Source: Planctomycetota bacterium
Lineage (GTDB): Bacteria > Planctomycetota > B15-G4
DNA: 64,000 nucleotides
Assembly: GCA_965248575.1 (NCBI GenBank)
Contig: CBDFJQ010000002.1
Span: forward strand, 2,144,001-2,208,000
Direction of reading: 5' to 3'
The notes under the pieces are model-generated. The model was given only the letters and a program-made list of their open reading frames with translations. It searched no databases and was not told the origin of the DNA. Shown one piece after another: positions 1 through 9,115 of the stretch. Position 1 is the stretch's first letter. The number at the start of each line of letters is the position of its first letter. The position numbers and the translations under genes are program-made.

Positions 1-2
1 GC

Positions 3-917
3 GCCGTGCTGGAGGAGCACCTCGCCTACTGGCGTGAACACCTCTCCGGCGAGCTCGCGAGCGTCGAAGTCCCCGGAGACCGCCCGCGCCCGACAGAACG
101 CAGCTTCCAGGGCGGTCATCAGGGAGTCGAGCTGTCCAAGCAGCTCAGCGACCGCCTCCGCGCCCTCTCCCGGGAGCAGGGCGTCACCCTCTTCATGACG
201 TTGGACGCGGCCTTCCTTGCCCTGCTGCACCACGAGACGCAAGAGACTGACATGGTGCTCGGCTCGGCCGTGGCCCATCGAAACCGGAGCGAGCTCCAGC
301 CGCTGATCGGCTTCCTGGTGAACATGCTCGTGCTGCGCACCGACCTGAGCGGTGACCCGACCTTCACGGAGCTGTTGAAGCGCGTGCGGCCCGCAGTCCT
401 CGGGGCCTGGTCCCACCAGGATCTGCCGCTGACCCGCATCATCAAGGAGGTGCAGCCGGAGCGGGACCTGGGCCGCAGCCCCCTTTTCCAGGTGCAGTTC
501 TCGCTGCTGACGCCGGACGTGAACCCGGCGGTCTATGGCTACGGCCTCGACACCGGCAGCATCGAAACCGTGCAGCTGCCGGGCCTTGTCATGACGCCCT
601 GGCACGTGCCCTTCAACAACGCCCGCTATGACATCGCAGTCTTCCTGTGGGACATGCCGGCGGGCATCTGCGGAACCATGGAGTACGCTAGGGACTTGTA
701 CGACGCATCCACCATGGAGCGCATGGCTCGCCGCTATGAGGCGTTGCTGACGGCCGTGGTCGAGCGACCGGAGTCCCGCCTCTCCGATCTGGTGGCAGGA
801 CTCCAAAGGGCAGAGTTGGATCGCGCGGCCTCCGCCGAACAGAGCTACGAGCACTCCATGAAATCGAAGTTGAAGTCCATTCGCCGGCGACGTGCGCGCC
901 CGGGAGACGGGTCATGA
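3..917 (+). CDS. NRPS condensation-domain protein, C-terminal part (5' end outside window)
   Basis: C-domain motifs YWxxxL..DRPRP, TLFMTL, IGFLVNMLVLRTDLSGDPTFxELL, HQDLP, PLFQVxF, MEYxxDLYD; frame is open to the window edge; ends in a basic tail with no TE domain. Confidence 0.9.
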   Translation, partial: AVLEEHLAYWREHLSGELASVEVPGDRPRPTERSFQGGHQGVELSKQLSDRLRALSREQGVTLFMTLDAAFLALLHHETQETDMVLGSAVAHRNRSELQPLIGFLVNMLVLRTDLSGDPTFTELLKRVRPAVLGAWSHQDLPLTRIIKEVQPERDLGRSPLFQVQFSLLTPDVNPAVYGYGLDTGSIETVQLPGLVMTPWHVPFNNARYDIAVFLWDMPAGICGTMEYARDLYDASTMERMARRYEALLTAVVERPESRLSDLVAGLQRAELDRAASAEQSYEHSMKSKLKSIRRRRARPGDGS

Positions 918-1933
918 GCCGCTTCACCCACACCTACGACCCCGGCGTCGAGGCCAACCCGAGCGACGTGCTCTGCCTACACCGCAACGAAAACCTCTTC
1001 GTCGGGCCCGATTGGAGCATCGAGACCGCCCAGCGGATGGTGGCGCACGCGCACATCGCGTCCTACCCCGAAGCCACGAGCCTCTTGCTTCGTGAAGCTC
1101 TCGCAAAGCGCCATGGCGTCGACCCGGACAGCATCTTCGTCGGCAATGGCGCAGACGAAGTGCTCTCGGATCTGTTGGGCGTGCTCCACCCCCGCTTTGA
1201 CGCCTTGCACACACTGAACGTGCGCTTCAAGGTGTACGACATGCTCGCTGAGCGCCTGGGCTTCGAGCTGAAAGTGCTGCCCGGCAACGCCTTCGAAACG
1301 GGACGCGTCGACACGATGGGCTTCCAGGGCCTGGCCGTCATCGACAGCCCCAACGCCATCTCGGGTGGCAGCGTCGCCCGGGAGGACCTGGATGCCCTGG
1401 CAGCTGCGCCCGACAGCTACCTGATCTGGGACAACGTCTACGGCGAGTACGCCGGCGATGAGCCCCCCCGGCCACTGCCGTCCAACGTCGCGGTGGTTCG
1501 CAGCTTCAGCAAGTACTACGCCCTCGCCGGCTTGCGCATCGGATACTGCATCGCCGATGCGGCTCTTGTGAAGCAGATGCTGGCCTGCAAGGACGCTTTC
1601 AACGTCAACAGTTTCGGGCAGATCATGGCGCTCGAGGCTCTGCGCCAGGAGGACAGCTTCCGTGAGCAACGCGATCAGCTCGTGGCAGGCCGCCAGCTCC
1701 TGGTCAGAGGTTTGGAAGACCTGGGCTTCCGGGTCATGCCCTCCCACTCCGTGGCCGTCCTGGTCAGCCATCCCGCCCATTCGGCGACCGAGATCCAGCA
1801 AGAGCTCCTGAAGCGCAAGATCGCCGTCCGGCACTTCACGGATGAAGCCACGAACAACTTCGTGCGCATCACGGCCTCGCCGAGCGCAACCCAGGACCGC
1901 CTGCTGGCAGCCCTCGCAGACGTCGTGTCCTGA
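914..1933 (+). CDS. HisC-like class I/II PLP-dependent aminotransferase coupled to the NRPS gene
   Basis: LHRNEN, YP, GNGADE, RSFSKYYALAGLRIGY (PLP Lys), VRIT; ATGA overlap with the upstream gene. Confidence 0.85.
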   Translation: MSRFTHTYDPGVEANPSDVLCLHRNENLFVGPDWSIETAQRMVAHAHIASYPEATSLLLREALAKRHGVDPDSIFVGNGADEVLSDLLGVLHPRFDALHTLNVRFKVYDMLAERLGFELKVLPGNAFETGRVDTMGFQGLAVIDSPNAISGGSVAREDLDALAAAPDSYLIWDNVYGEYAGDEPPRPLPSNVAVVRSFSKYYALAGLRIGYCIADAALVKQMLACKDAFNVNSFGQIMALEALRQEDSFREQRDQLVAGRQLLVRGLEDLGFRVMPSHSVAVLVSHPAHSATEIQQELLKRKIAVRHFTDEATNNFVRITASPSATQDRLLAALADVVS

Positions 1934-1946
1934 CCCCCGGCGCAGC

Positions 1947-1970
1947 GGTGCTGCAGTTGGTGCTGCAGTT
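1947..1970. repeat. 12-bp tandem duplication GGTGCTGCAGTT x2
   Basis: Read directly; intergenic. Confidence 0.7.
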
Positions 1971-2310
1971 AGGGAGCAGGTGCGCAGCAGCCGTTTGAAG
2001 GCCGTGGACTAAAACCAACGACCGCAGACATTGGCTGCGCGGCGGGCTCTCCGGAACCCCTACCCCTTGATTTTGCGAGGTTTTGGGGGTCTCCGAATCT
2101 TGCTGCCCTGAATTGACAGCTCAGTCATCTCGGGGCAAAGTTCGGAGTCACCGAGTCGAAATGAAGGCCAGGGCCAGGATTGGAGCGACTGGCACCAAAC
2201 CCTTCGAACAGGACTCAGCAGCAGGACACGGGCAGGTGCGTGTTGCAGGTGTTCCGGACTCGAAACCCTCCTTCTCTCACCGTCATCCCGCACCCCGAGG
2301 CAGTTCTGCC

Positions 2311-3603
2311 ATGAAAGCCCGTTTCCTCCTCCCCGCCATCGCCGCTGCGATGCTCGCGAACCCGGTCGCCGCTCACCTTGCAGAAGGGCAGATCTGGCTG
2401 ATCGACTACGTGAACGATTCTCTCTACCGCATCAAGCCGGACACCTGGCAGGTGTTCACCACGCTGAATGATGCAAACGGCCTCGATGGGCCGGGTGCCG
2501 TGGGATTCAACCTGCACGGCGACATGATGATCCTCAACTACAACTCCAGCGAGCTCATGGAGTGGGATGGGGATGCCTTCAGTCCGCCGGTGGTTGCAAC
2601 GGCCGCAGAGGGCCTGGCCGGGCCCTATGGTTCCACGGGAGCCATCATCAGCCCCGGACACGGCGACATCTTCATCTCCAATTTCGACAACAACGAGATT
2701 CTCGTCCTGGACGAGAACTTCGCGAACCCGTCAGTCTTCGCCGATGCGGCGGACGGCATCATCCACCCCGTGGCCATGGCCTTCCTCGCCGACGGCGAGC
2801 TGATCGTGGGCAACGGGGACAGCGGAGGTGACCTGCTCTCCTTCGACGAACTGGGAGTGGGCTCGCCCTTCGATACTATCGTCGGTGACGAAGTGGTCTC
2901 CATGACCGTGCGCAACAACGGTGATCTGTTCGTGCTCACCACGAGCGGCGCGCTCTACAAATACGCCGGTGGCGACTCGGGCAGCCGGAGCCTTCTGGGT
3001 ACCTACGGCGCCCCCGGGCCCGCGGGCATCGAGTTCAGCCCCGACTTCTCCCAGCTGTACCACATCAACCAGGCCACCACGGACTTCAGCGAGATCGACC
3101 CGGACACGGGCGTGGCCGTTGTCCGTGCGACCCTGACCAACAAGCGTCCTTTCGCCATCGTGGTGACGGGCGGCCACTTGCCCCACGGCACGTTCGCGCC
3201 TTTCGGTGAGGGTCTTGAGGGTGAGGGCGGCGTCACTCCGCTGCTCGAGAGCCACGACGAGCCGCGCGTCAACACCGCTGGCACGCTGCACCTGGAAGAC
3301 ATGGTGGGCGGTTCCCTCGTCTACCTGTTCATGGGTCTGGGCGAGGACGAGATCCCGCTCTTCGGTGGCGACTTCCACGTGGACATCTCCGGCAGCTTCT
3401 TCTGGACGTTCAAGATCTTCGCCACGGGCGGCACGCCCGGACTGGCTGGCGACGGACACGTGGACCTGCCCTTCACCTTGCCCAACGATCCGATCCTGGT
3501 CGGGACGGAGTGGTATCTAGAGGGCCTGGTGATCGATGCAGCAGCGCCGGAGGGCGTCTCGTTCACCAACTGCCTGAAGATGTACGTCGGTGATGAGGGC
3601 TAG
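2311..3603 (+). CDS. Secreted beta-propeller (NHL/Vgb-like) protein with conserved C-terminal domain
   Basis: Signal peptide MKARFLLPAIAAAMLANPVAA; repeated GP/HP..F..G.I.V blades; C-terminal domain shared with other secreted proteins here; ATG 2311 chosen over the track start 2083. Confidence 0.7.
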   Translation: MKARFLLPAIAAAMLANPVAAHLAEGQIWLIDYVNDSLYRIKPDTWQVFTTLNDANGLDGPGAVGFNLHGDMMILNYNSSELMEWDGDAFSPPVVATAAEGLAGPYGSTGAIISPGHGDIFISNFDNNEILVLDENFANPSVFADAADGIIHPVAMAFLADGELIVGNGDSGGDLLSFDELGVGSPFDTIVGDEVVSMTVRNNGDLFVLTTSGALYKYAGGDSGSRSLLGTYGAPGPAGIEFSPDFSQLYHINQATTDFSEIDPDTGVAVVRATLTNKRPFAIVVTGGHLPHGTFAPFGEGLEGEGGVTPLLESHDEPRVNTAGTLHLEDMVGGSLVYLFMGLGEDEIPLFGGDFHVDISGSFFWTFKIFATGGTPGLAGDGHVDLPFTLPNDPILVGTEWYLEGLVIDAAAPEGVSFTNCLKMYVGDEG

Positions 3604-3737
3604 CCCCAGCGCATCCCGCTGAGGACTCTCATGGAGGGCCAGGGGCTGGCAAGACTGCCTCCTCTGGCCCTCCTTCCAATTCTTCGTGCCAAGGCGAGTC
3701 CACCTGAGCCTGGACCACGGACCATGAATCGGGAACG

Positions 3738-5459
3738 ATGTCCGGCCAGATGAGCGAGCCTGACACCCCCCTCCCCCGCGCCGTCTGGCTCTGGGTCCTC
3801 GCGGGCCTGTTGCTGGTCGTGGCCCGTGGCGCCGCCTGGGAGCACCGGCACGACGAGGGCACCACCTTCGATCTGGCCGTGGGTTTCGTGGACCGCGACG
3901 CCTTCGTCGACCCCTTCCCGGCGAACCCCGTCCCCATCGAGTCGCTCTACCAGGTGATCGACGGGCGCTCTGACTACGACGTCGAGGACGCCGCGCGCTC
4001 CGTGTATGTGCCCGGGTACCGCATGTACCACCCGCCCGGGTACTACACCCTGCTGCACCTGTGGACGAAGGTGTTCGGCACCGAAAAGCTGGTGCTGCGC
4101 ATCCCCGCCTACCTGCTGGCTGGCCTGGCGATCCTGGGCATGGCCCTCATTGCACGGCGGGTCATCCCAGACCCGAGCGCGCCTGGCTGGGTGGCCGCGC
4201 TCTTCGCCGTGTGCCCCTGGGTCATCAGCGTCACCAACTTCGCGCGGCCCTATCACCTGGCCCTCTTCCTGGCGATCTGGTCCACCGTGGCCGTGCTCGA
4301 GATGTGCCGGGAGCAGCCCAAGCGCCTGCGCTGGCATCTGCTGTTCGTGGGCGCGTCGATCCTGGGCCTGTACGCGCTGTATCACTACGCCTTCATCCTG
4401 CTCTGGCAAGGGGTATTCCTGCTGTGGAGCGCTTGGGCACGGGGCGCTGGGCGGCGCAAGCGGCCGCTGCTCAGCTTGGGCGCCTGTGCGGGTGTGGTGG
4501 CCGTCGGCTTCATGCCCTGGCTGCGGGTGTTCAGCATCCACATGAAGGTCTCCACGCAGTCCGGGGACTACTTCACGGGTGGGGTGCAGGAGGGGCACGC
4601 GCGCTTCCGGTCCCTGTTCGCGCTGAGGGACTACGCCCTCGCAGACTCCGTCGAGACCTTCGGGAACAGCACGCTGGTCGTGACGGTCTCCATCCTCGGG
4701 GGCCTCACCTTGCTGGCCGTCCTGTGGGCCTTCTGCGGCCCCGCTCGCAAGAGCCTGCAGGGTCAGGCGCGCATCTTCTGGCTCACGGCCCCTGCCTTGC
4801 CGCTGCTCGTCTGGCTGTCCGATCTCTGGCGTGGCAGCCACACCGTGCTGATCACCAAGATCTGCTTCGGCTTCATCATCCTGTTGGTGCTGGCCACGGC
4901 CCGCGCCTGGCTCTGCGCCCCCAAGCTGGTGCGCACCCTCGGCCTGGCGGCCTGGGTCCTGACCATGGGCGCGGCCAGCCTGCTGTGCACCTACAGCCGT
5001 GCAGAGAACGACAGCGGATCGGAGGCCGTGGCCAACCTCATCGCCCAAGCAGATGAAGCGGAGCATCTCCTGGTCCTCAGCACAGGGTTGCGCGGCTACT
5101 CAGTCCCGCTGCTGCTCACCCTGCGTGATGCAGGCGTGAAGAACGTCTACGTGACCCGGGCCACCCAGAAGGGCTTGAAGCCCCTGCTCGAATCGGTGGC
5201 CTCCAAGCCCCTCTTCCGGCGGGTGAGCTTGCTCAACTTCAAGATCCCGAAGCACGAGGGCTCGCTGATGTGGGAGACCGACAGCGTCAAAAAGCTCGCC
5301 GTCGAACTGAGAAGCACCAACGATTGGGTGCCTTTCCACGATGGGACCAGCCCCTGGGTCGGCATCCAGCCCATCCATGGCGTCACACCCAGAACCCGCT
5401 TCAAGGAGTGCTGGTTCTTCGAACCGATCCGGCTGCGCTTCTTCCACGGCACCTTCTAG
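3738..5459 (+). CDS. Polytopic GT-C fold glycosyltransferase (ArnT/PMT, GT39/83-like)
   Basis: HDE loop motif, HPPGYYxLLHLW, LRIP, ARPY, many TM segments. Confidence 0.75.
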   Translation: MSGQMSEPDTPLPRAVWLWVLAGLLLVVARGAAWEHRHDEGTTFDLAVGFVDRDAFVDPFPANPVPIESLYQVIDGRSDYDVEDAARSVYVPGYRMYHPPGYYTLLHLWTKVFGTEKLVLRIPAYLLAGLAILGMALIARRVIPDPSAPGWVAALFAVCPWVISVTNFARPYHLALFLAIWSTVAVLEMCREQPKRLRWHLLFVGASILGLYALYHYAFILLWQGVFLLWSAWARGAGRRKRPLLSLGACAGVVAVGFMPWLRVFSIHMKVSTQSGDYFTGGVQEGHARFRSLFALRDYALADSVETFGNSTLVVTVSILGGLTLLAVLWAFCGPARKSLQGQARIFWLTAPALPLLVWLSDLWRGSHTVLITKICFGFIILLVLATARAWLCAPKLVRTLGLAAWVLTMGAASLLCTYSRAENDSGSEAVANLIAQADEAEHLLVLSTGLRGYSVPLLLTLRDAGVKNVYVTRATQKGLKPLLESVASKPLFRRVSLLNFKIPKHEGSLMWETDSVKKLAVELRSTNDWVPFHDGTSPWVGIQPIHGVTPRTRFKECWFFEPIRLRFFHGTF

Positions 5460-5468
5460 CGAGTCGGG

Positions 5469-6248
5469 CTAGCGGGGCCCACCCCGCAAGAGCCGCTTGC
5501 CGCTACGCGCCAGGGTCCGGGCGCCGAGGTAGACGGACCCGCGGACGGTCCCCAGCAGCTTGAAGAGCGACGGGTCCCGGAGGTAGTACACGTCCAGGCG
5601 CGGCAACTGCAGCCGATCGTCCGAGCGGCGCGCCGTCGCCAGACGAACGCTGACGGCCCCCCTGAACTGCTCTCTCGCGAGCTCCACCACCCCGGGGTCC
5701 AGATCGCCGTAGGGATAGGCAAAGGACGACACAGGCGCCCCGAGGCGCTCCTGGAGGGCTTCCTTGCTGCGGATCAGCTCTTCCTGCGCAAGCTCGGGTG
5801 CAAGCTGCGGCAGGTGCACGTGATTCGCAGTGTGCGCAGCGATTTCCCAGCCAAGCTCCACCAACTGCTGCACCTCGTCCCAGTTGAGCAACGGCAGTCG
5901 TGGAATGCCGTCGCCTTGCCCCGGCCAGTCGCTGCTCTTGCCGCACCAGTCGGTGACCAGGAAGACGGTGGCAGAGAAGCCGTAGCGCTCCAGGACAGGT
6001 GCCCCGAACTCCAGCACGTTCGCGAAGCCATCGTCAAAGGTCACGACGACGGGGCGCTCCGGGAGCGTGCCCCGACCGTCCCAGGCATCCAGCAGGGCAT
6101 CCAGCCGCACGGCCGTGAAACCCCGCTCCGACAGCGACCGCATGTGTTCTGCGAAGACCGTCGGAGCCACCGAGATCACAGAGCCCGACTCATCCAGCGA
6201 ATGGTAGGTGAGGATCGGAACCGAGCTGGGAACAGCTGCTGCACTCAT
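5469..6248 (-). CDS. Polysaccharide deacetylase (CE4/NodB family)
   Basis: PILTYH, TFDDG, HTANH, FAYPYG, LPR; ATG 6248 overlaps the GT4 stop (ATGA). Confidence 0.9.
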   Translation of the reverse strand: MSAAAVPSSVPILTYHSLDESGSVISVAPTVFAEHMRSLSERGFTAVRLDALLDAWDGRGTLPERPVVVTFDDGFANVLEFGAPVLERYGFSATVFLVTDWCGKSSDWPGQGDGIPRLPLLNWDEVQQLVELGWEIAAHTANHVHLPQLAPELAQEELIRSKEALQERLGAPVSSFAYPYGDLDPGVVELAREQFRGAVSVRLATARRSDDRLQLPRLDVYYLRDPSLFKLLGTVRGSVYLGARTLARSGKRLLRGGPR

Positions 6249-7501
6249 GAGCGCGCGCCCCCTGGCGCGGCGCGCTCTTGCACGAGCTGGTTCACGATCT
6301 CCAGGTAGGTCGCCAGGTGAACGTCCTCCGTCCAATGGGTGGCATAGGCGACACGCGCCAATGCGCCCAGCCTGTCTCGCAGTGCCTTGTCTGACAGCAG
6401 CTTCAACATCGCATGACGACACTGCTCGAGCGTCTCAAAGATCATGCCGGCACCGCTCTTGGCCACGAGCTCTGGGGTCGCTCCAAGGTTCCGGACGATG
6501 GCGGGCGTGCCATGGGCGAAGGCCTCCACCGGGATGAGATTGAACACCTCGTAGCAGAGCGACGGCCCCAACACGGCCACGGCACCCCTGTACAGGGAAC
6601 CCAAGCGCTCCGGGTGAACCTGGCCCAGGAAGCTCACGTGCTCCAGGCCTTGGGCCAGGCGCTCCAGCTCTGGACGGTACTGCCCATCACCGACGACCAG
6701 CAGCCGGGCGGAGCGTTCCTCCCGAAAGAGCTTGAGCAGGTCCTGGACGCCTTTGAGCTTCTCCAGCCGGCCGACGAACAAGAAGTAGGGCAGCTCGGAA
6801 TCGCTGCCTGCATCCTGCGCCGCCCCCGCCTGCTCGCTGGTAGGCGCAGGGACGAAGTGGGGCAAAACGCGCATGGGACGCTGGATGCCCGCTGCCTGAT
6901 GCTGGGCCATGGCGAACTCGCTGGGCATCAGGAACTGATCCACGGACGCCACGCAGCGCTCGATGTGCCCCGTGTGCCGCCACAACTGCGGCGGTCGCTT
7001 GCTGCGCAGGGTGCATGGCAAGCAGGTGCGCTTGGTGCAGGCCTCGCGCCCGTTGCGGAACAGGACATGCGTCGGGCAGACCAACCAGTACTCATGTGCC
7101 GTGTACAGCTTGGGCGCGTTGCCCAGGCGCAACACCCCCGGCCCGCCCATGAGCGACACATTGTGGTAGTGGATGACGTCGTACGCGTCGCTCCCGAGCA
7201 GCTCCCGCAGCTGAGCCCCATAGCCTGCAGGCCGCCCCGTCTGATGGGCGACCAGGGATGCCAGCCCGGGCCGCGCCGATTGCAGCGAGTGAACCCGCAC
7301 GTTGGGGTGGTGCTGGTAGGCCACTCCGGGCTCGGCCGGATGGCTCAGGCGATAGGCATCCACGGAGTGGGCGACGTCCACCGTGTGTCCCCGCCGCGCC
7401 AGCGACTCAGCCAAGCGGTAGACACACATGGCGTCCCCCCCGAAGTGGTAGGGAGGATAGAAGGTGGTCACAAAGCAGAATCGAAGCGACACGCTGTTCA
7501 A
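6245..7501 (-). CDS. Glycosyltransferase family 4
   Basis: TFYPPYxxGG, TAHEYWLVCP, FVGRLEKLKG, E-x7-E (YEVFNLIPVEAF). Confidence 0.9.
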   Translation of the reverse strand: MNSVSLRFCFVTTFYPPYHFGGDAMCVYRLAESLARRGHTVDVAHSVDAYRLSHPAEPGVAYQHHPNVRVHSLQSARPGLASLVAHQTGRPAGYGAQLRELLGSDAYDVIHYHNVSLMGGPGVLRLGNAPKLYTAHEYWLVCPTHVLFRNGREACTKRTCLPCTLRSKRPPQLWRHTGHIERCVASVDQFLMPSEFAMAQHQAAGIQRPMRVLPHFVPAPTSEQAGAAQDAGSDSELPYFLFVGRLEKLKGVQDLLKLFREERSARLLVVGDGQYRPELERLAQGLEHVSFLGQVHPERLGSLYRGAVAVLGPSLCYEVFNLIPVEAFAHGTPAIVRNLGATPELVAKSGAGMIFETLEQCRHAMLKLLSDKALRDRLGALARVAYATHWTEDVHLATYLEIVNQLVQERAAPGGARS

Positions 7502-7570
7502 TCTCGACCCGACAACGAAGGGGCACGACGGTCCGACGGCTTGTCCCGAACCCAGAGCCCGGCGAGGCCC

Positions 7571-8743
7571 CTAGGGCGCATGACTCGCGGCCTGCCCGTC
7601 ACCCTTGAGCCGGTCTCGTAGGTGGAGCAGGACACCGCAACCGAAGGCGATCCCACTGTAGAGGAAGTACAGGATGTGCAAGGGAGCCACCGCCGCCGCG
7701 AAGAGCGGGCTGCGCACACGCGCATAGAAGGCGTAGAGGCTCCGATTGAGCACCACGATGCCCAGCACCAGCGCCGCCGAGAGGGCGCCCCACCACGGCA
7801 GGAGCCATATCGCCCAGCCCAGGACAGCCGACACGCCAAGGGCCACGCCCCACGCGTGTGCAGGCGTCATCCGGTGTTTCAGCGTCCAGCGGTCCAGGCC
7901 CAGGATGATGAGCCAGCCCAAGACCGGCAGCAGCGCTAGGAGCGGCTGAACCCAGGCGCCGGCGAGGAACGTGAGCGAGAGCACAGCCGTCAACATCAGC
8001 GAAACGCGCTGGGTGACCCCCGTGTTCAAGTCGTCGGGCATGCTGCCCTCACGCAAGATCAGGCGCGTCCAGGGGATCCCCCGATCGAAGACGTCAGTGC
8101 GGATGGTGCCCCAGAGGGTCCAGCGCTTCAGGTGTGTCACCTGGATGTGCTTCTTCACCGCAATGCGTTGGCCAGCCTTGACCAGGCGCGCGCCGAGCTC
8201 GATGTCCTCGATGGACGGCCGGTCGTAGAGACCCGGATCGAAGCCGCCGTGCTCTTCGTAGACCTCACGCAGCATGGCGCCGCAGCCGCTCCAGAATGTC
8301 GACGCCTGCTCCTGCCCTTGCTGGTGCACGAAGTGGTGGAACAGGTTGCGGTACTGGGAGATGAAATTGGGCTCGGTGGGCTCCGTGTCATACGAACCAA
8401 AGAGCGCGTGCAGGCCCGGGTCCTGCTCGAAGGCCTCAATCACCGCCCCGATGTTCGGAGGGTGTACCCCGGTGTCGGCGTCAATGAAGTAGAGGATCTC
8501 GCCGGTCGCCAACTGGGCACCCCGGTTGCGGGCGCCCGCTGGGCCCGCTCGCTGCTCCAGCCGGACCACCTGCGCCTGGTAATCCTCTGCGACCTGCGCG
8601 GTGTCATCGGTGGACGCATCGTCAGCCACGATCAATTCGTAGCGCTCATCCGTCGAGGTGCTGAGCCGGTCGAGGCAGAAACGCAATTGCTCCGGACAAT
8701 TGCGGGCCGGGATGACGACTGAAACCCGGACGCTTGCGCTCAC
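7571..8743 (-). CDS. Glycosyltransferase family 2 with C-terminal TM region
   Basis: SVVIPARN, DDASTD, GPAGARNRG, FIDAD, EDIELG; GTG start inferred at 8743. Confidence 0.88.
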   Translation of the reverse strand: MSASVRVSVVIPARNCPEQLRFCLDRLSTSTDERYELIVADDASTDDTAQVAEDYQAQVVRLEQRAGPAGARNRGAQLATGEILYFIDADTGVHPPNIGAVIEAFEQDPGLHALFGSYDTEPTEPNFISQYRNLFHHFVHQQGQEQASTFWSGCGAMLREVYEEHGGFDPGLYDRPSIEDIELGARLVKAGQRIAVKKHIQVTHLKRWTLWGTIRTDVFDRGIPWTRLILREGSMPDDLNTGVTQRVSLMLTAVLSLTFLAGAWVQPLLALLPVLGWLIILGLDRWTLKHRMTPAHAWGVALGVSAVLGWAIWLLPWWGALSAALVLGIVVLNRSLYAFYARVRSPLFAAAVAPLHILYFLYSGIAFGCGVLLHLRDRLKGDGQAASHAP

Positions 8744-8753
8744 CGGAGTCGGA

Positions 8754-9080
8754 TCAGGCTGAGGGGCCGCCACGCTTCTGTGCCACGAGGTTGTAGACGC
8801 GGACGAACAGCCACGTCCCGATGAAACCCACGGCAAAGGCGTAGCCGAAACCCAGCAAGCTGCCCACGAACGTGACCTTGAAGCCCGGGAAGAAGTGGCC
8901 CAGGAGATTGAGGTGCTTGCCAACCTGCTGTCCGCCGCGCAGCACCAGGATGTTGGTGGCGACGAACAGGCCGATGCCGCAGAGCACGCCTGCGGTGATG
9001 CCCCAGATGGTGGCATCCATCCGCACGATGCGGCGCTGGGCGGATTCGTCAGCGGGATTCGGAGAAGTGGGCGTTGCCAT
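8754..9080 (-). CDS. Small membrane protein, paralogous to the C-terminal domain of the upstream oxidoreductase
   Basis: 108 aa, hydrophobic helices around LNLLGHFFPGFKVT; packed within the operon. Confidence 0.8.
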   Translation of the reverse strand: MATPTSPNPADESAQRRIVRMDATIWGITAGVLCGIGLFVATNILVLRGGQQVGKHLNLLGHFFPGFKVTFVGSLLGFGYAFAVGFIGTWLFVRVYNLVAQKRGGPSA

Positions 9081-9115
9081 AGTGATAGGTCACTTTGCCA
9101 CGCGTTGGCGCGAGA

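Noticed and set aside
914..1933. Naming this gene hisC
   Set aside because: A motif-complete hisC is in the his operon; this copy is divergent and NRPS-linked
2060..2310. Possible c-di-GMP-I riboswitch (GGCAAA / CAAACC fragments)
   Set aside because: The required paired stems and GNRA/receptor pattern could not be assembled
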